Shown here one piece after another: positions 7,999 through 17,734 of a stretch of DNA of 35,187 bases; the stretch's first letter is position 1; every line of letters starts with the position of its first letter. The translations under genes were made by a program, and so were the position numbers. The notes beneath the pieces were generated by a model that saw only the letters and a program-made list of their open reading frames with translations, was not told the DNA's origin and did not search any database. Source of the DNA: Candidatus Binatia bacterium (lineage in GTDB: Bacteria > Desulfobacterota > Binatia > HRBIN30); the NCBI GenBank assembly GCA_038245295.1, contig JBBRSP010000044.1, positions 1 through 35,187 on the forward strand, given 5' to 3'.

Positions 7999-10569
7999 TC
8001 AGTCGCCGCTCAACGCCGCCGGCACCGACACGTGGGAAGCACGCCACGCTGGCAGGAGCGACCCGGCCAGACACAACGTAATCGCTAACGCTCCGGCGGC
8101 CGCCGCAAGCAACGCTGGGAAGTGAAGATCAAGCTTCCAGCCGAGAATCACCGGGAACTGGACATTGACCCAGAAGACTCCGAGGGCGGCACCCGCTGCC
8201 GCAGCGAGCAACAACCCCAACAGTCCAATCGCGGCTCCTTCGACGAGAACGACGCGAAAGATACTCGGACGCGTCATGCCAAGCGCGCGCAGCGTGCCGA
8301 ACTGCCTGGTACGTTCCAACACACCGGTGGCCAGGGTATCGCCGATGGCAACGACAACGAGCAGGAAGATGATCGCCTCTGTCAGATACAGAATGCCAAA
8401 GGCCTGGTGCACGAGGCTGGCATAATACTCGACCACCTCGGCACTCGAACGGACGCGGATTCCGCGGGGCACACCGAGCTGACGACGGATGGCCGTCGCG
8501 ACACGATCACTCGCCGCGTCGGGCGCCAGGTAGACGTGCACCTGCCACACCAACTCGTCGCCCGAGATCGAACGGTAGAGCTCGCGACTCATCAACACCA
8601 CATTCGCCGGATCGTTGAGTGTGATCGCCGCCACCGGTAAGCGCAGCGATCGCGCCGTTCCCTGAATCTCGAGGATGTCACCCACCTTTGTCTCGTGCTG
8701 ATAGGCAAACGCACTCGACACCATGAGCGTCGTGCCGGCAGCGGTGGTTTCGGTGGCATCGGCTGTCGCCCCGTCGTCGAGACGCCAGACGAAGCGCGAG
8801 GGATCACGGATTCCCGCCGCGTCATACGCGTCGATCCGCACCGAGCCATCCCCCGACCTCAAGTCCCCCTGCTGAATGGCGGCCACGGCGCGAATCCCCG
8901 GGATGCGCCGCAACTCGTCGAGAATCTCCTCATGTAAGCCGGCTTCGCGGGCCCCGTACGCCACCCGCGCCGAGGTAACGACCAGCGCCGAGCGGAAACG
9001 GCTGGTCAGACGCGTCGCCAGCGTTCGCTCAAAGCTCCATCCCAATAGTCCGAACAGCAACACCGCTCCCAGCCCGACACCCAACGTCGCCACCGTCAGC
9101 GTGGTCTGCCGCGCGCGCTCGCCCAGGTGGTGAATCCCCATGCGGCCGACGAAGCCAAACCAACGGCGCCACAGCGGCGCGGCGGTATGCGTCGCCACAT
9201 GCACGATACGCGGCGCCAGCAAACACGTCGCGGAAATCACCAAGCCCGTCGCCAGATGCCCCAACCACACCGAACGCAGATGCGTATCGGCCAGAACCAC
9301 GAGGACCAACGCCACAATCAACAGCGCCACCCATAGGCCGCTACGTGGTTCGTGCGGGACAACACCACGCTTGGCAAGAACACGCGCCGGTTCAACGTTG
9401 GCGACACGCACAGCCGGAACCAGGGCAGCAAGCAGCGCGGCGATCAATCCGACGCCCATACCCAGCCACACGGCACGCATCTCGGTGATCACCTGCGCCG
9501 ACGGTTCCGGCAACTTGAGGGCAATTGCCGTCGTCGCAGCCAGCACCGGTAAGGCATAACGACCAATGACCATGCCCAGAACGACGCCCAGGAACGAGCC
9601 GGCCGCCCCCAGCAACAGGCTCTCTTTCAAGAGCTCGACAACCACCTGGAAGCGCTCGAGGCCAATGGCGCGCAGGAGACCGACCTCCCACAGGCGCGCC
9701 TCAAACACGGCGTTGAGGCGCGAGTAACAGATGACGAATCCGGCGACGACCGCCAGGATGCTAAACGCCGACAGGATGGCTTGGATTCCGGCAAGCGTCT
9801 CGCGCATCAGCGTCTTGCGCAACGTCGGCTCTTCGACCCGCAACCCGGCCGGCAGCACGCGAGCGATCGCACCACCGACCTCGTCGGGACGCATCGTGTC
9901 GCCGACGACCACGTCGATCTGATTGATCTTCTGCTCCGAAGCAAAAGCGCGCTCGGCGGCGAACAGATCCATGACGACGAACCGTCCGCGCAACGTGCGC
10001 GCAACACCCTTCGGCTCGAGCAGCCCTTGAACGACGAACCGCTGCAGACCGGTAGGTGTGACCAGCGACAACGCATCGCCCGTGCGCAGACCGCGGCGCT
10101 CGCCGAACTCGCGGCCGACGAGAATGGCGGCGGGCGCATTGAGAAATTTGCCGAGGTCTTCGACGACATCGTCGTCGCCTTCTGAGCCCGCCGCCGCATC
10201 GTGATACAGCCGCACGGCCGCCTCGTTTGCGAGGTCGACGCCATGGACGGTCAACATCTCGCCGGAATCGTCGTCGGGGAAGGCAACGCTGCGCACCAGC
10301 GGGACGGCCAGCTTGACGCCCGGCACGGCTTGGATCTCGTCGACCAGCGCCTCGGGAAACGTCAGCCCTTCCCCCGCCGAGATGGTGAGAGAGGCTCGGC
10401 CGACCATGGCGTCGATCGAATCAAGGAAGGAGCGCTGCACCGCCGCGTTCATCAGCTGCAGCGCGACGACCAGAGCGACGCCGAGCGCGATGGCGACCAC
10501 GCTCAGCAGCATACGACCAACTTCGGCGCGAACATGGCGCCGGGCGAACTTGAGGGAAAGGGCGCTCAT
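7999..10569 (-). CDS. ABC transporter permease, tandem MacB-PCD/FtsX domains
   Basis: Two repeats of periplasmic domain plus TM block (EVGLLRAIG; QFGTLRALG). ATG 10569 overlaps the ATPase stop (ATGA). Confidence 0.9.
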   Translation of the reverse strand: MSALSLKFARRHVRAEVGRMLLSVVAIALGVALVVALQLMNAAVQRSFLDSIDAMVGRASLTISAGEGLTFPEALVDEIQAVPGVKLAVPLVRSVAFPDDDSGEMLTVHGVDLANEAAVRLYHDAAAGSEGDDDVVEDLGKFLNAPAAILVGREFGERRGLRTGDALSLVTPTGLQRFVVQGLLEPKGVARTLRGRFVVMDLFAAERAFASEQKINQIDVVVGDTMRPDEVGGAIARVLPAGLRVEEPTLRKTLMRETLAGIQAILSAFSILAVVAGFVICYSRLNAVFEARLWEVGLLRAIGLERFQVVVELLKESLLLGAAGSFLGVVLGMVIGRYALPVLAATTAIALKLPEPSAQVITEMRAVWLGMGVGLIAALLAALVPAVRVANVEPARVLAKRGVVPHEPRSGLWVALLIVALVLVVLADTHLRSVWLGHLATGLVISATCLLAPRIVHVATHTAAPLWRRWFGFVGRMGIHHLGERARQTTLTVATLGVGLGAVLLFGLLGWSFERTLATRLTSRFRSALVVTSARVAYGAREAGLHEEILDELRRIPGIRAVAAIQQGDLRSGDGSVRIDAYDAAGIRDPSRFVWRLDDGATADATETTAAGTTLMVSSAFAYQHETKVGDILEIQGTARSLRLPVAAITLNDPANVVLMSRELYRSISGDELVWQVHVYLAPDAASDRVATAIRRQLGVPRGIRVRSSAEVVEYYASLVHQAFGILYLTEAIIFLLVVVAIGDTLATGVLERTRQFGTLRALGMTRPSIFRVVLVEGAAIGLLGLLLAAAAGAALGVFWVNVQFPVILGWKLDLHFPALLAAAAGALAITLCLAGSLLPAWRASHVSVPAALSGD

Positions 10570-11297
10570 CGGTGCGTCATCTCGACGACGTTGTTTTTCG
10601 GCGGACACGGCGGTGCCGTCACATCGCGAACAATGGCCCCGTCACGCAGTTCGATGGTGCGATGCCCGTAGGTCGCCGCGAAGACATTATGCGTAACCAT
10701 CAACACGGTCACCCCCTGCGTCCGGTTGAGCAGGCGCAAGAGATCGAGAATCTTCTCGCCGGAATGCGAGTCGAGGTTGCCGGTCGGCTCGTCCGCCAAC
10801 AGCAGCCGCGGCTTCGTGGCGATCGCCCTGGCCACGGCGACGCGCTGCTGCTCACCTCCCGACAACTCGGCCGGATAGCGGTGATCGCAGTCGCGCACGC
10901 CGACACGCTCGAGTGCATCAGCAACCCGCCGTGCGACTTCGGCGCGCGGATGGCCGGCGAACTCGAGCGGCCACGCGACGTTTTCACTGACGTTGAGCGA
11001 CGGCAGCAGATTGAAGGATTGAAAGACGAAGCCGATGCTCGTCAACCGCATGTGCGACAGTTCGCGATCTCTCATCGTCTTGAGGTTGACGCCGTTGACG
11101 ATCACCACGCCCTTATCCGGACGGTCGAGCCCGGCGATCAGGTTCAGCAGCGTTGTCTTGCCCGTTCCACTTGGCCCCATCAACGAAACGAACTCACCCG
11201 GCGCGAACGCGGCACTAAGATCGTTCAGCACCGGCGCATCGCGACGTTCGTACGTCTTGCTGATGTTGCGCAACTCGATCATTGCCTGATGTTCCAC
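10566..11297 (-). CDS. ABC transporter ATP-binding protein (LolD/MacB-type)
   Basis: Walker A GPSGTGKT, signature LSGGEQQR, LLADEPTGNLD and the H-loop. Start could be 11282, 11297 or 11342. Confidence 0.95.
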   Translation of the reverse strand: MEHQAMIELRNISKTYERRDAPVLNDLSAAFAPGEFVSLMGPSGTGKTTLLNLIAGLDRPDKGVVIVNGVNLKTMRDRELSHMRLTSIGFVFQSFNLLPSLNVSENVAWPLEFAGHPRAEVARRVADALERVGVRDCDHRYPAELSGGEQQRVAVARAIATKPRLLLADEPTGNLDSHSGEKILDLLRLLNRTQGVTVLMVTHNVFAATYGHRTIELRDGAIVRDVTAPPCPPKNNVVEMTHR

Positions 11298-11418
11298 AGC
11301 CGCTCGCTCCTTCCGTGCCGTCGCCCTGCCACGACGCGACACGGCTCCGAGCTATCTCCAGCCGGGCCGCCTATTCAATGACTGCAACGTATGACTGCAA
11401 TGCATCGATGCAAACCAG

Positions 11419-11536
11419 ACCCTCACCCCAGCCCTCTCCCGCGACCGGCGATCCGCTCGAGGCGGGAGAGGGAGCAGATGTCCCCTCTCCCACTTCCAAT
11501 GGAATCGCCGGCGGTGGGAGAGGGTTAGGGTGAGGG
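11419..11536. repeat. Two inverted CCCTCACCCC/CCCTCTCCC REP units
   Basis: ccctcaccccagccctctcccgc...gcgggagagggagc, then cccctctccca...tgggagagggttagggtgaggg. Same family as 15691-15837 and 25414-25472. Confidence 0.85.
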
Positions 11537-11599
11537 CACCGCAGCACCGCAGCCACAACCCTCATTGACTCACCCCACGCTTTTCAGCAGCCTTGGTCG

Positions 11600-12421
11600 G
11601 TGAAAGACACGCCATACTATTTGCCGATCGGCGACGAGGTCGAAGTGTTCAAAGCGGCCTACGATTGCCGCCTTCCCATTCTACTCAAAGGCCCGACGGG
11701 CTGCGGAAAGACCCGCTTCGTCGAATACATGGCCGCGACCTTGCGCGGCCAGCAGGCCGAGCGCGCCGGTGATGCGGCGGGGCTCCCGGAAGAGTTGATC
11801 ACGGTGGCATGCCACGAAGATCTGACCGGCAGCGACCTGGTCGGACGTTATTTGATCAAAGGCGACGAGACCGTCTGGATCGACGGGCCGCTGACGCAGG
11901 CCGTGCGTACCGGAACGATCTGCTACCTTGATGAAATCGTCGAGGCGCGCAAAGACACCATCGTCTTGATCCACCCGCTCACCGATCACCGACGCATTCT
12001 GCCGATCGACAAGAAGGGAGAGATCCTCGATGCGCACCCCGACTTCCTCTTGGTGATCTCCTACAACCCCGGCTACCAGAGTGTGCTGAAAGATCTCAAA
12101 CATTCGACGCGCCAACGCTTCGTCAGCATCGACTTCACCTACCCGCCACGCGACAAGGAAGCGCAGGTCATTGCGCACGAGAGCGGCATCGACATGGATA
12201 CGGCGCTTGCCCTCGCCAAGCTCGGCGAGAAGGTGCGTCATCTGAAGGCCGGCGGCCTCGAGGAAGGTGTCAGCACCCGATTGCTCATCTACGCCGGCCA
12301 GCTCATCAAGCAAAACATCGCGCCACGACGGGCTTGCCGCGTCGCGATCAGTACTTCGCTGACCGACGATGTCGAATCGCAACGCGCCATCGACGCGCTG
12401 GTGCATTCGATCTTCGAGTAG
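11600..12421 (+). CDS. CbbQ/NirQ/NorQ family MoxR-type AAA+ ATPase
   Basis: [54 protein letters not shown] and EGVSTRLL. Confidence 0.95.
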   Translation: MKDTPYYLPIGDEVEVFKAAYDCRLPILLKGPTGCGKTRFVEYMAATLRGQQAERAGDAAGLPEELITVACHEDLTGSDLVGRYLIKGDETVWIDGPLTQAVRTGTICYLDEIVEARKDTIVLIHPLTDHRRILPIDKKGEILDAHPDFLLVISYNPGYQSVLKDLKHSTRQRFVSIDFTYPPRDKEAQVIAHESGIDMDTALALAKLGEKVRHLKAGGLEEGVSTRLLIYAGQLIKQNIAPRRACRVAISTSLTDDVESQRAIDALVHSIFE

Positions 12422-12443
12422 TCGGCACTGTTCGTCCGCACAC

Positions 12444-15400
12444 ATGGCTGTTCGTTCCCTATGGTTTGAATCGCACCTGCTCGGCGAACGCGCCGGCAAG
12501 CGCGCGCGTGACGCCGCCACCAAGCTCGGCCCGGCGGTCCACGAGCGCATCTTGACCGCCGGCGACACGCTCGCCGCGGTATCGCCGGCGATTGCCCAAC
12601 AGTTCTACCGGCAGGCGGCCGACGCCTGGAACATTCTGGGCGCCGACACCTTCGCGCGTTGGCTTGGGCTCGGCACCGAGCTGATCACCGATCATGCGAC
12701 ACCGCGCGACGCCGGCTTCGGCTTCTTCGCCATCGCTCCCAAGGCGATCGAACGCGCCGGCTTCGAAGCACTGCAGCGCTGGTGCGAACACGGCCGCGCC
12801 ATCTCACAACGTTCACGCAAGCTCGGCGCGGCCTTCTTCACCTCTACCGCCACCTGGGTCGGGCGCGCCGATATCGCACTCCTCGAGGCATGGGCGACGC
12901 ACGGATTGGCCCTGCTGTCCGTCTCCGGCTGGCGCGGTGAGTTCCTGGCGCACGCCTATCTCTCCGGCGCCGACCAGGCCCTGCCGGTATTCAGCGCCGA
13001 CGACTGCCGCGATTGGGCCAGCCTCGGCGCGGCACTGCAAAGCGCCGTCAAGGAACAACAGTTCTTCGCGTCGCTACCAGCCGGCATCGCCTCGCTGAAA
13101 CCGCACGAGCGACGCTGGTTCTTCGGCGCCGCCATCGCCATGGCCCACGTGAGTCCGGGACCCGCGGCGACATTTTACGCCGAACTGCCACCGGCGATTC
13201 GCCTGCTCCACACCAATCATCGCACCAAGCTGCTCGAAGCCATCGGCCTCGCCGCGCCGGTGATCCCAGGGCCGCTGGCCGACATCGCCCCGGTCGCCGG
13301 CGCCCTCGTCCGCGATCTGCCAACCGCCGTGCGCGGCGACGCGCTCGATCTGCTGGTGCGGGTGGCACGGCAGTTCCCAGCCGCAATCGCCGCGCTGCTA
13401 CGTTCTCTGCCGATGGCGTATGAGGATGCACGCCACGAAGCTGTCGTCGAATGGATCACACGCGGGCTGCAGATCGCCGCCACCAGCGAGGAAGCGGGTG
13501 CCGCTTACTTTGCGCTCGAATCGCGCACCAGCCTCAAGGTGCTGCAGGCGTCGTCGACCGCTGTGCAGCTCACCGACGTGCAGGGCTTGCTGCGCAAGTA
13601 CATTCAGATGCTGAGCGCACAACCGGTGTCGATCCGCGGCAGCGACTTCATCGAGATTCCGCCGCCGCTCGAAGCGGCGCCGCGCGAGTTGGAAGTCGAG
13701 TTGCCGCTGCGCATCGACCTCTGCGAGACACACGAAGAGAATGTTCGCCTCTATCGTTTTCTTTCGGCTCACCTGGCCGGCCGCCGCGAGTTCGGCACCT
13801 ACGCCATCACGCTGCCCGAATCGGCAAAGGGCAATCTCCCCGAATACCTGCAAGCTCCGGAACAACCGAAGTTGCTCGAGCGCATCTTCATCGTGCTCGA
13901 AGGCTACCGGGTCGGACGGGCTCTCACGCGCGGTTATCCCGGATTCGGGCGTGAGCAGCGGCAGGTATGCCGCGATACCTTGGAGCGTTACCGGCGCGAG
14001 ACCGATCCCGGCCTGGATCAGGTGTTCGATGCCTTGTTCGTGTGGCTGCTGGCGGAGCAACCGCTCGATGACCTTCCCGACTGGCTTGCCGTGCTCGCCG
14101 CCATCGTCGAACCGTGTACGCCGGCACTCGCGTTTGCCGGAGCCACGGCCAACGATTCTCTGCAGTTGGCACAGACGCTGGCCCGCGAGCTCGAGCAACG
14201 CATCAACACGGTCCAACCGGGAGCGCGTGGCGAGATGCTCGGCGAAGGACTGACCGGCGACGCCCTGATCGCCGCTTACCTCTATGACGATGACGATGCG
14301 CCGTCGGTGCCGAACGATATGCCCGGCACCACCAACCCGACCGACAAACCGCCGCCGGATAAACCCGCCGACCCAATGCAGTTGAAGGTCGAAGAGGAGA
14401 CCGACGACGGCGAGGGTGTGACGACCGCGATGTCCGCCGAGGAGTTGCAGAAGCTGATTGAGGCCGGCGTCGAGCTGCAACTGAAGCAGGGCCGCGCCAC
14501 CGACATCGAGGGATTGGGGATGTACATCACCGATCTCATCGGCAAGGTGCCGACCGAGCAACTCCAGGAGCTGCGCAATCTCGTCGAAGAAGCGTCGAGC
14601 CAGACCGCCATGCCGCCGAAACGCTGGCTCGAGCAGCGCGTCGCCGGTCGCTCCTACTATTACGACGAGTGGGATTTCCACATCAGCGACTACCGCCAAC
14701 GCTGGTGCCGACTGCTCGAGGCGTCGATCGAGGGCGACTCGGGCGAGTTCTTCAACCGCGCGCTGCAGGACTACGCAGCGATGATCCCGGAAGTGCGGCG
14801 GCAGTTTCAGAAGATCCGGCCCGACATGTACCGCGTCGTGCGCGGCCTCGAAGACGGCGAGGATTTCGATTTCAATGCAGTCGTCGACGCGCGCGTCGAT
14901 CGCCGCGCCCGCCGCGCTCCATCAACCAAGCTCTACGTGGCGCGCCATCGCGAGGAGCGCGATGTCGCCACATTGTTCCTCATCGACATGAGCGCCTCGA
15001 CCGATGAGCCGATGGAGAAGCTGCGGCCGAGCAGCGTGACACACGAAGATCCTCTCGATGCCATCGTCGGGACGATGTCGATGCCGAGCGTCGTCGCACG
15101 CCCCGGCCGCCGCATCATCGACGTCACGAAAGAAGCGCTGGTGATCATGGCCGAGGCGCTCGAAGAGATCGGCGACGCCTACGCCATCTACGGCTTCTCC
15201 GGACACGGCCGACACAACGTCGAGTTCTACTCCGTCAAGCACTTCAACGAATCGCTGACCACCGCGGTAAAGGGCCGCATCGGCGCCATCGAACCGAAAC
15301 GCAGCACGCGTATGGGCACCGCGCTGCGCCATGCGGTCGAGAAGATGTCGAACATCACGGCGCGCTCGCGTCACATCATCCTCCTGAGCGACGGCTTTCC

Positions 15401-15638
15401 GCAGGATTTCGACTACGGACAAGATCGCCGCAGTAATGTCTATGGGTTGCGCGACACCAGTGTCGCGCTGCGCGAGTGCGAGGCGGCCGGGATCACGCCA
15501 TTCTGCATCACCGTCGACAAGGCGGGACATGATTACTTGCGCGTCATGTGCGACACGTCGCGGTACATGGTGATCGACGACATCGCCGAGTTGCCGCGCG
15601 AGTTGCCGAAGATCTATCAGCGAATTGTAGTAACCTGA
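12444..15638 (+). CDS. NorD/CbbO-like VWA-domain protein with long helical N-terminus
   Basis: YDEWDF..DYR, GEDFDF, MIDAS DMSAST, STRMG.ALRHA and LLSDGFPQD. Directly follows the CbbQ/NorQ gene. Start taken as ATG 12444. Confidence 0.9.
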   Translation: MAVRSLWFESHLLGERAGKRARDAATKLGPAVHERILTAGDTLAAVSPAIAQQFYRQAADAWNILGADTFARWLGLGTELITDHATPRDAGFGFFAIAPKAIERAGFEALQRWCEHGRAISQRSRKLGAAFFTSTATWVGRADIALLEAWATHGLALLSVSGWRGEFLAHAYLSGADQALPVFSADDCRDWASLGAALQSAVKEQQFFASLPAGIASLKPHERRWFFGAAIAMAHVSPGPAATFYAELPPAIRLLHTNHRTKLLEAIGLAAPVIPGPLADIAPVAGALVRDLPTAVRGDALDLLVRVARQFPAAIAALLRSLPMAYEDARHEAVVEWITRGLQIAATSEEAGAAYFALESRTSLKVLQASSTAVQLTDVQGLLRKYIQMLSAQPVSIRGSDFIEIPPPLEAAPRELEVELPLRIDLCETHEENVRLYRFLSAHLAGRREFGTYAITLPESAKGNLPEYLQAPEQPKLLERIFIVLEGYRVGRALTRGYPGFGREQRQVCRDTLERYRRETDPGLDQVFDALFVWLLAEQPLDDLPDWLAVLAAIVEPCTPALAFAGATANDSLQLAQTLARELEQRINTVQPGARGEMLGEGLTGDALIAAYLYDDDDAPSVPNDMPGTTNPTDKPPPDKPADPMQLKVEEETDDGEGVTTAMSAEELQKLIEAGVELQLKQGRATDIEGLGMYITDLIGKVPTEQLQELRNLVEEASSQTAMPPKRWLEQRVAGRSYYYDEWDFHISDYRQRWCRLLEASIEGDSGEFFNRALQDYAAMIPEVRRQFQKIRPDMYRVVRGLEDGEDFDFNAVVDARVDRRARRAPSTKLYVARHREERDVATLFLIDMSASTDEPMEKLRPSSVTHEDPLDAIVGTMSMPSVVARPGRRIIDVTKEALVIMAEALEEIGDAYAIYGFSGHGRHNVEFYSVKHFNESLTTAVKGRIGAIEPKRSTRMGTALRHAVEKMSNITARSRHIILLSDGFPQDFDYGQDRRSNVYGLRDTSVALRECEAAGITPFCITVDKAGHDYLRVMCDTSRYMVIDDIAELPRELPKIYQRIVVT

Positions 15639-15690
15639 GCACGACGCGCGACAAGATCCTCGGTCCCGCCCATCCGTGATGGAAAGCAGC

Positions 15691-15837
15691 GCTCCCTCTC
15701 CCGCATCGGTTGGACACGTGTATGGCGGCAGAGGGCCGGGGTGAGGGTGCATCAGAGTCCAGATGGCTCCGCAGACCAACCCTCATCTTAACCCGCTCCC
15801 AGATGTTGCCAATCCGTTCGAGCTGCAAGAGGGAGCG
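15691..15837. repeat. Pair of CCCTC-family REP units (second degenerate) between convergent genes
   Basis: gctccctctcccgc...gagggccggggtgagggtg (15691-15749) and the inverted accctcatcttaacccgctccc...agagggagcg. Confidence 0.7.
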
Positions 15838-15884
15838 TCTTGCCCACCACCAGTTCTGTTCAAAGAATTGTAGGGCGAGGCGCG

Positions 15885-16610
15885 CTACGAGCGGCGCAGA
15901 AGCCAACGTTCGAGCAAGCTCGAGCCGTTCATATCGAAATCGACATTCGCCAGCGCTGCCAGGACATCTCCATGGCAGGCCAGCGGCGTGCAGCGACAAC
16001 CAAGACGCTTCTCACGGATACGCAAGACGCTGCGCAGCATTCCGGGTTGGCGGATCAGCCACACCAGGTACTTGTGATTGACCTGATCACGCGTGCCGTC
16101 CGGCCCGATGTGGAATGGATTCGCCCACCCCGATGGCCGGCCGATGAAGACGTCGAACTCCTCGCGGCGACAGTGCACCACCGTCGTTCGTGTGGCGCCA
16201 CTGCCGCCTTCGTGTTGCAACGTGTAGCGCCACGCCAGGTCGAAGGAGCGCCAATAGGCTTCGGTTTCTTGCGACCAGATGATCGGCAACGAGCGCCGCA
16301 GAAGAGCCGCCTCGGCTTCGCGAATCGTGTATCGACGCCCGGGGAAGTATCCGACGGGTGGCGCATGGGGGCTGACGTGCGGGGCGTACGTTGGGTCGAT
16401 CACCTTGCCGTCGATCTCGCACCAACCGTGTTCAATGACGAAGGGAGTCTGATGATCGGTAACGATCCATCCTTCGACGTAGCTCGCACTGCGGCCCAGA
16501 TGACTAACGGAAAGAGCCGCATTCCGCCAACAACGCCGATGCTGCGCCCGTACCTTACGAGCCATCTCCACCGACGATTGATGGTCGAAATCTTCTAAGC
16601 CACGCAGCAT
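15885..16610 (-). CDS. DUF4326-containing fusion protein
   Basis: C-terminal VVHC...DVFIGRPSGWANPF...LGCRCTPLACHGDVL matches my recollection of DUF4326. N-terminal CWRNA...YVEG...EHGW...IDPT. Start 16610 or 16643. Confidence 0.75.
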   Translation of the reverse strand: MLRGLEDFDHQSSVEMARKVRAQHRRCWRNAALSVSHLGRSASYVEGWIVTDHQTPFVIEHGWCEIDGKVIDPTYAPHVSPHAPPVGYFPGRRYTIREAEAALLRRSLPIIWSQETEAYWRSFDLAWRYTLQHEGGSGATRTTVVHCRREEFDVFIGRPSGWANPFHIGPDGTRDQVNHKYLVWLIRQPGMLRSVLRIREKRLGCRCTPLACHGDVLAALANVDFDMNGSSLLERWLLRRS

Positions 16611-16748
16611 GTAGACGCAGGGGATACTCTCAAAAGATGGCAATGGTCAACCCGGGCGCGGGGGTGTCTCCACTTTTAGGGGTGGTTGGCCAGTGGAAAT
16701 TTCATCGGGGGGGGGCTCGGTTGATCCTCGGTGGCGCCGGTGCCCTGT

Positions 16749-16795
16749 GGGGACTGCAGAGACTACAAGGACTGCGGGAACGGAAGGGACTGAAA
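16749..16795. repeat. Degenerate 9-bp tandem repeat
   Basis: gggactgca gagactaca aggactgcg ggaacggaa gggactgaa, just downstream of rluD. Confidence 0.55.
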
Positions 16796-16807
16796 TGCCT
16801 TTGGCGG

Positions 16808-17722
16808 CTATTTGCCTCCGCAGGCTACCCACAGTTGGTGCATGTCTTCGGGTAGGGGGGCGTCGAATTGCATTCTTTGCCCGGTCCTCGGGTGATCGAA
16901 GGCCAGGTGCGCCGCGTGTAGCGCTTGTCGCGTGATGAGTCCGCGCGCTGTGCCGTGGCCGCGCCCGTAGAGGGCGTCACCGACGATCGGGTGTCCGATA
17001 GCCGTGAGGTGAACGCGGATCTGATGTGTGCGGCCGGTCTTTGGCAACAGGCGGACCATGCTGAAACGATCGCTGGTGCGCAGGACTTCATAACTGGTCA
17101 ACGCGGCGCGTCCGTCGCTGCGCACCGCCATCTGTTTGCGATTCGTCGGGTTGCGGCCGATCGGCTTGTCGATGGCGCCGCGCGGGTTCTGTAAGTGCCC
17201 CCACACCGCCGCGACGTATTGCTTCTCGACAGTGCGATCGCGGAACTGTTGGCCGAGAGAGGTCAGCGTATCGGGATCCTTGGCGATCACCAACACTCCC
17301 GACGTATCCTTGTCGAGGCGGTGCACGATCCCCGGTCGCAACGGATCCAGCCCCGGCCGCGTGCCCTGCCAATGATAGAGGAGCGCCGCGACCAACGTAC
17401 CGCGCGAGTGGCCGGGTGCCGGGTGCACCACCAGGCCCGGCGGCTTGTTGATCACCATGACCCACTCGTCCTCGAACAACACCGCGAGCGGAATCGCTTC
17501 GGCTTCGACATTAAAAGGATCGTCTGGTCCGGCCGGATCGATATCGATGTTCTGCCCGAGCCGCAGAATCGTACCGGGCTTGGCGCTCTGCCCTTCGACT
17601 CGCACACCACCGCCTTCGATGAGCTTCTGCACCCGCGCCCGCGAGCCCCAGCGCGCCAGCAAGGCGAGGTAGCGATCCAGACGTTGGCGTCGGCCGCGCT
17701 CGTCAACGATGATCTGATCCAT
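16808..17722 (-). CDS. rluD: RluA-family 23S rRNA pseudouridine synthase with S4 domain
   Basis: RLDRYL S4 domain, INKPPGLVVHP, catalytic HRLDKDTSG, TGRTHQIRVH and GD.LYG. Confidence 0.9.
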   Translation of the reverse strand: MDQIIVDERGRRQRLDRYLALLARWGSRARVQKLIEGGGVRVEGQSAKPGTILRLGQNIDIDPAGPDDPFNVEAEAIPLAVLFEDEWVMVINKPPGLVVHPAPGHSRGTLVAALLYHWQGTRPGLDPLRPGIVHRLDKDTSGVLVIAKDPDTLTSLGQQFRDRTVEKQYVAAVWGHLQNPRGAIDKPIGRNPTNRKQMAVRSDGRAALTSYEVLRTSDRFSMVRLLPKTGRTHQIRVHLTAIGHPIVGDALYGRGHGTARGLITRQALHAAHLAFDHPRTGQRMQFDAPLPEDMHQLWVACGGK

Positions 17723-17734
17723 CCACCACCGTGT

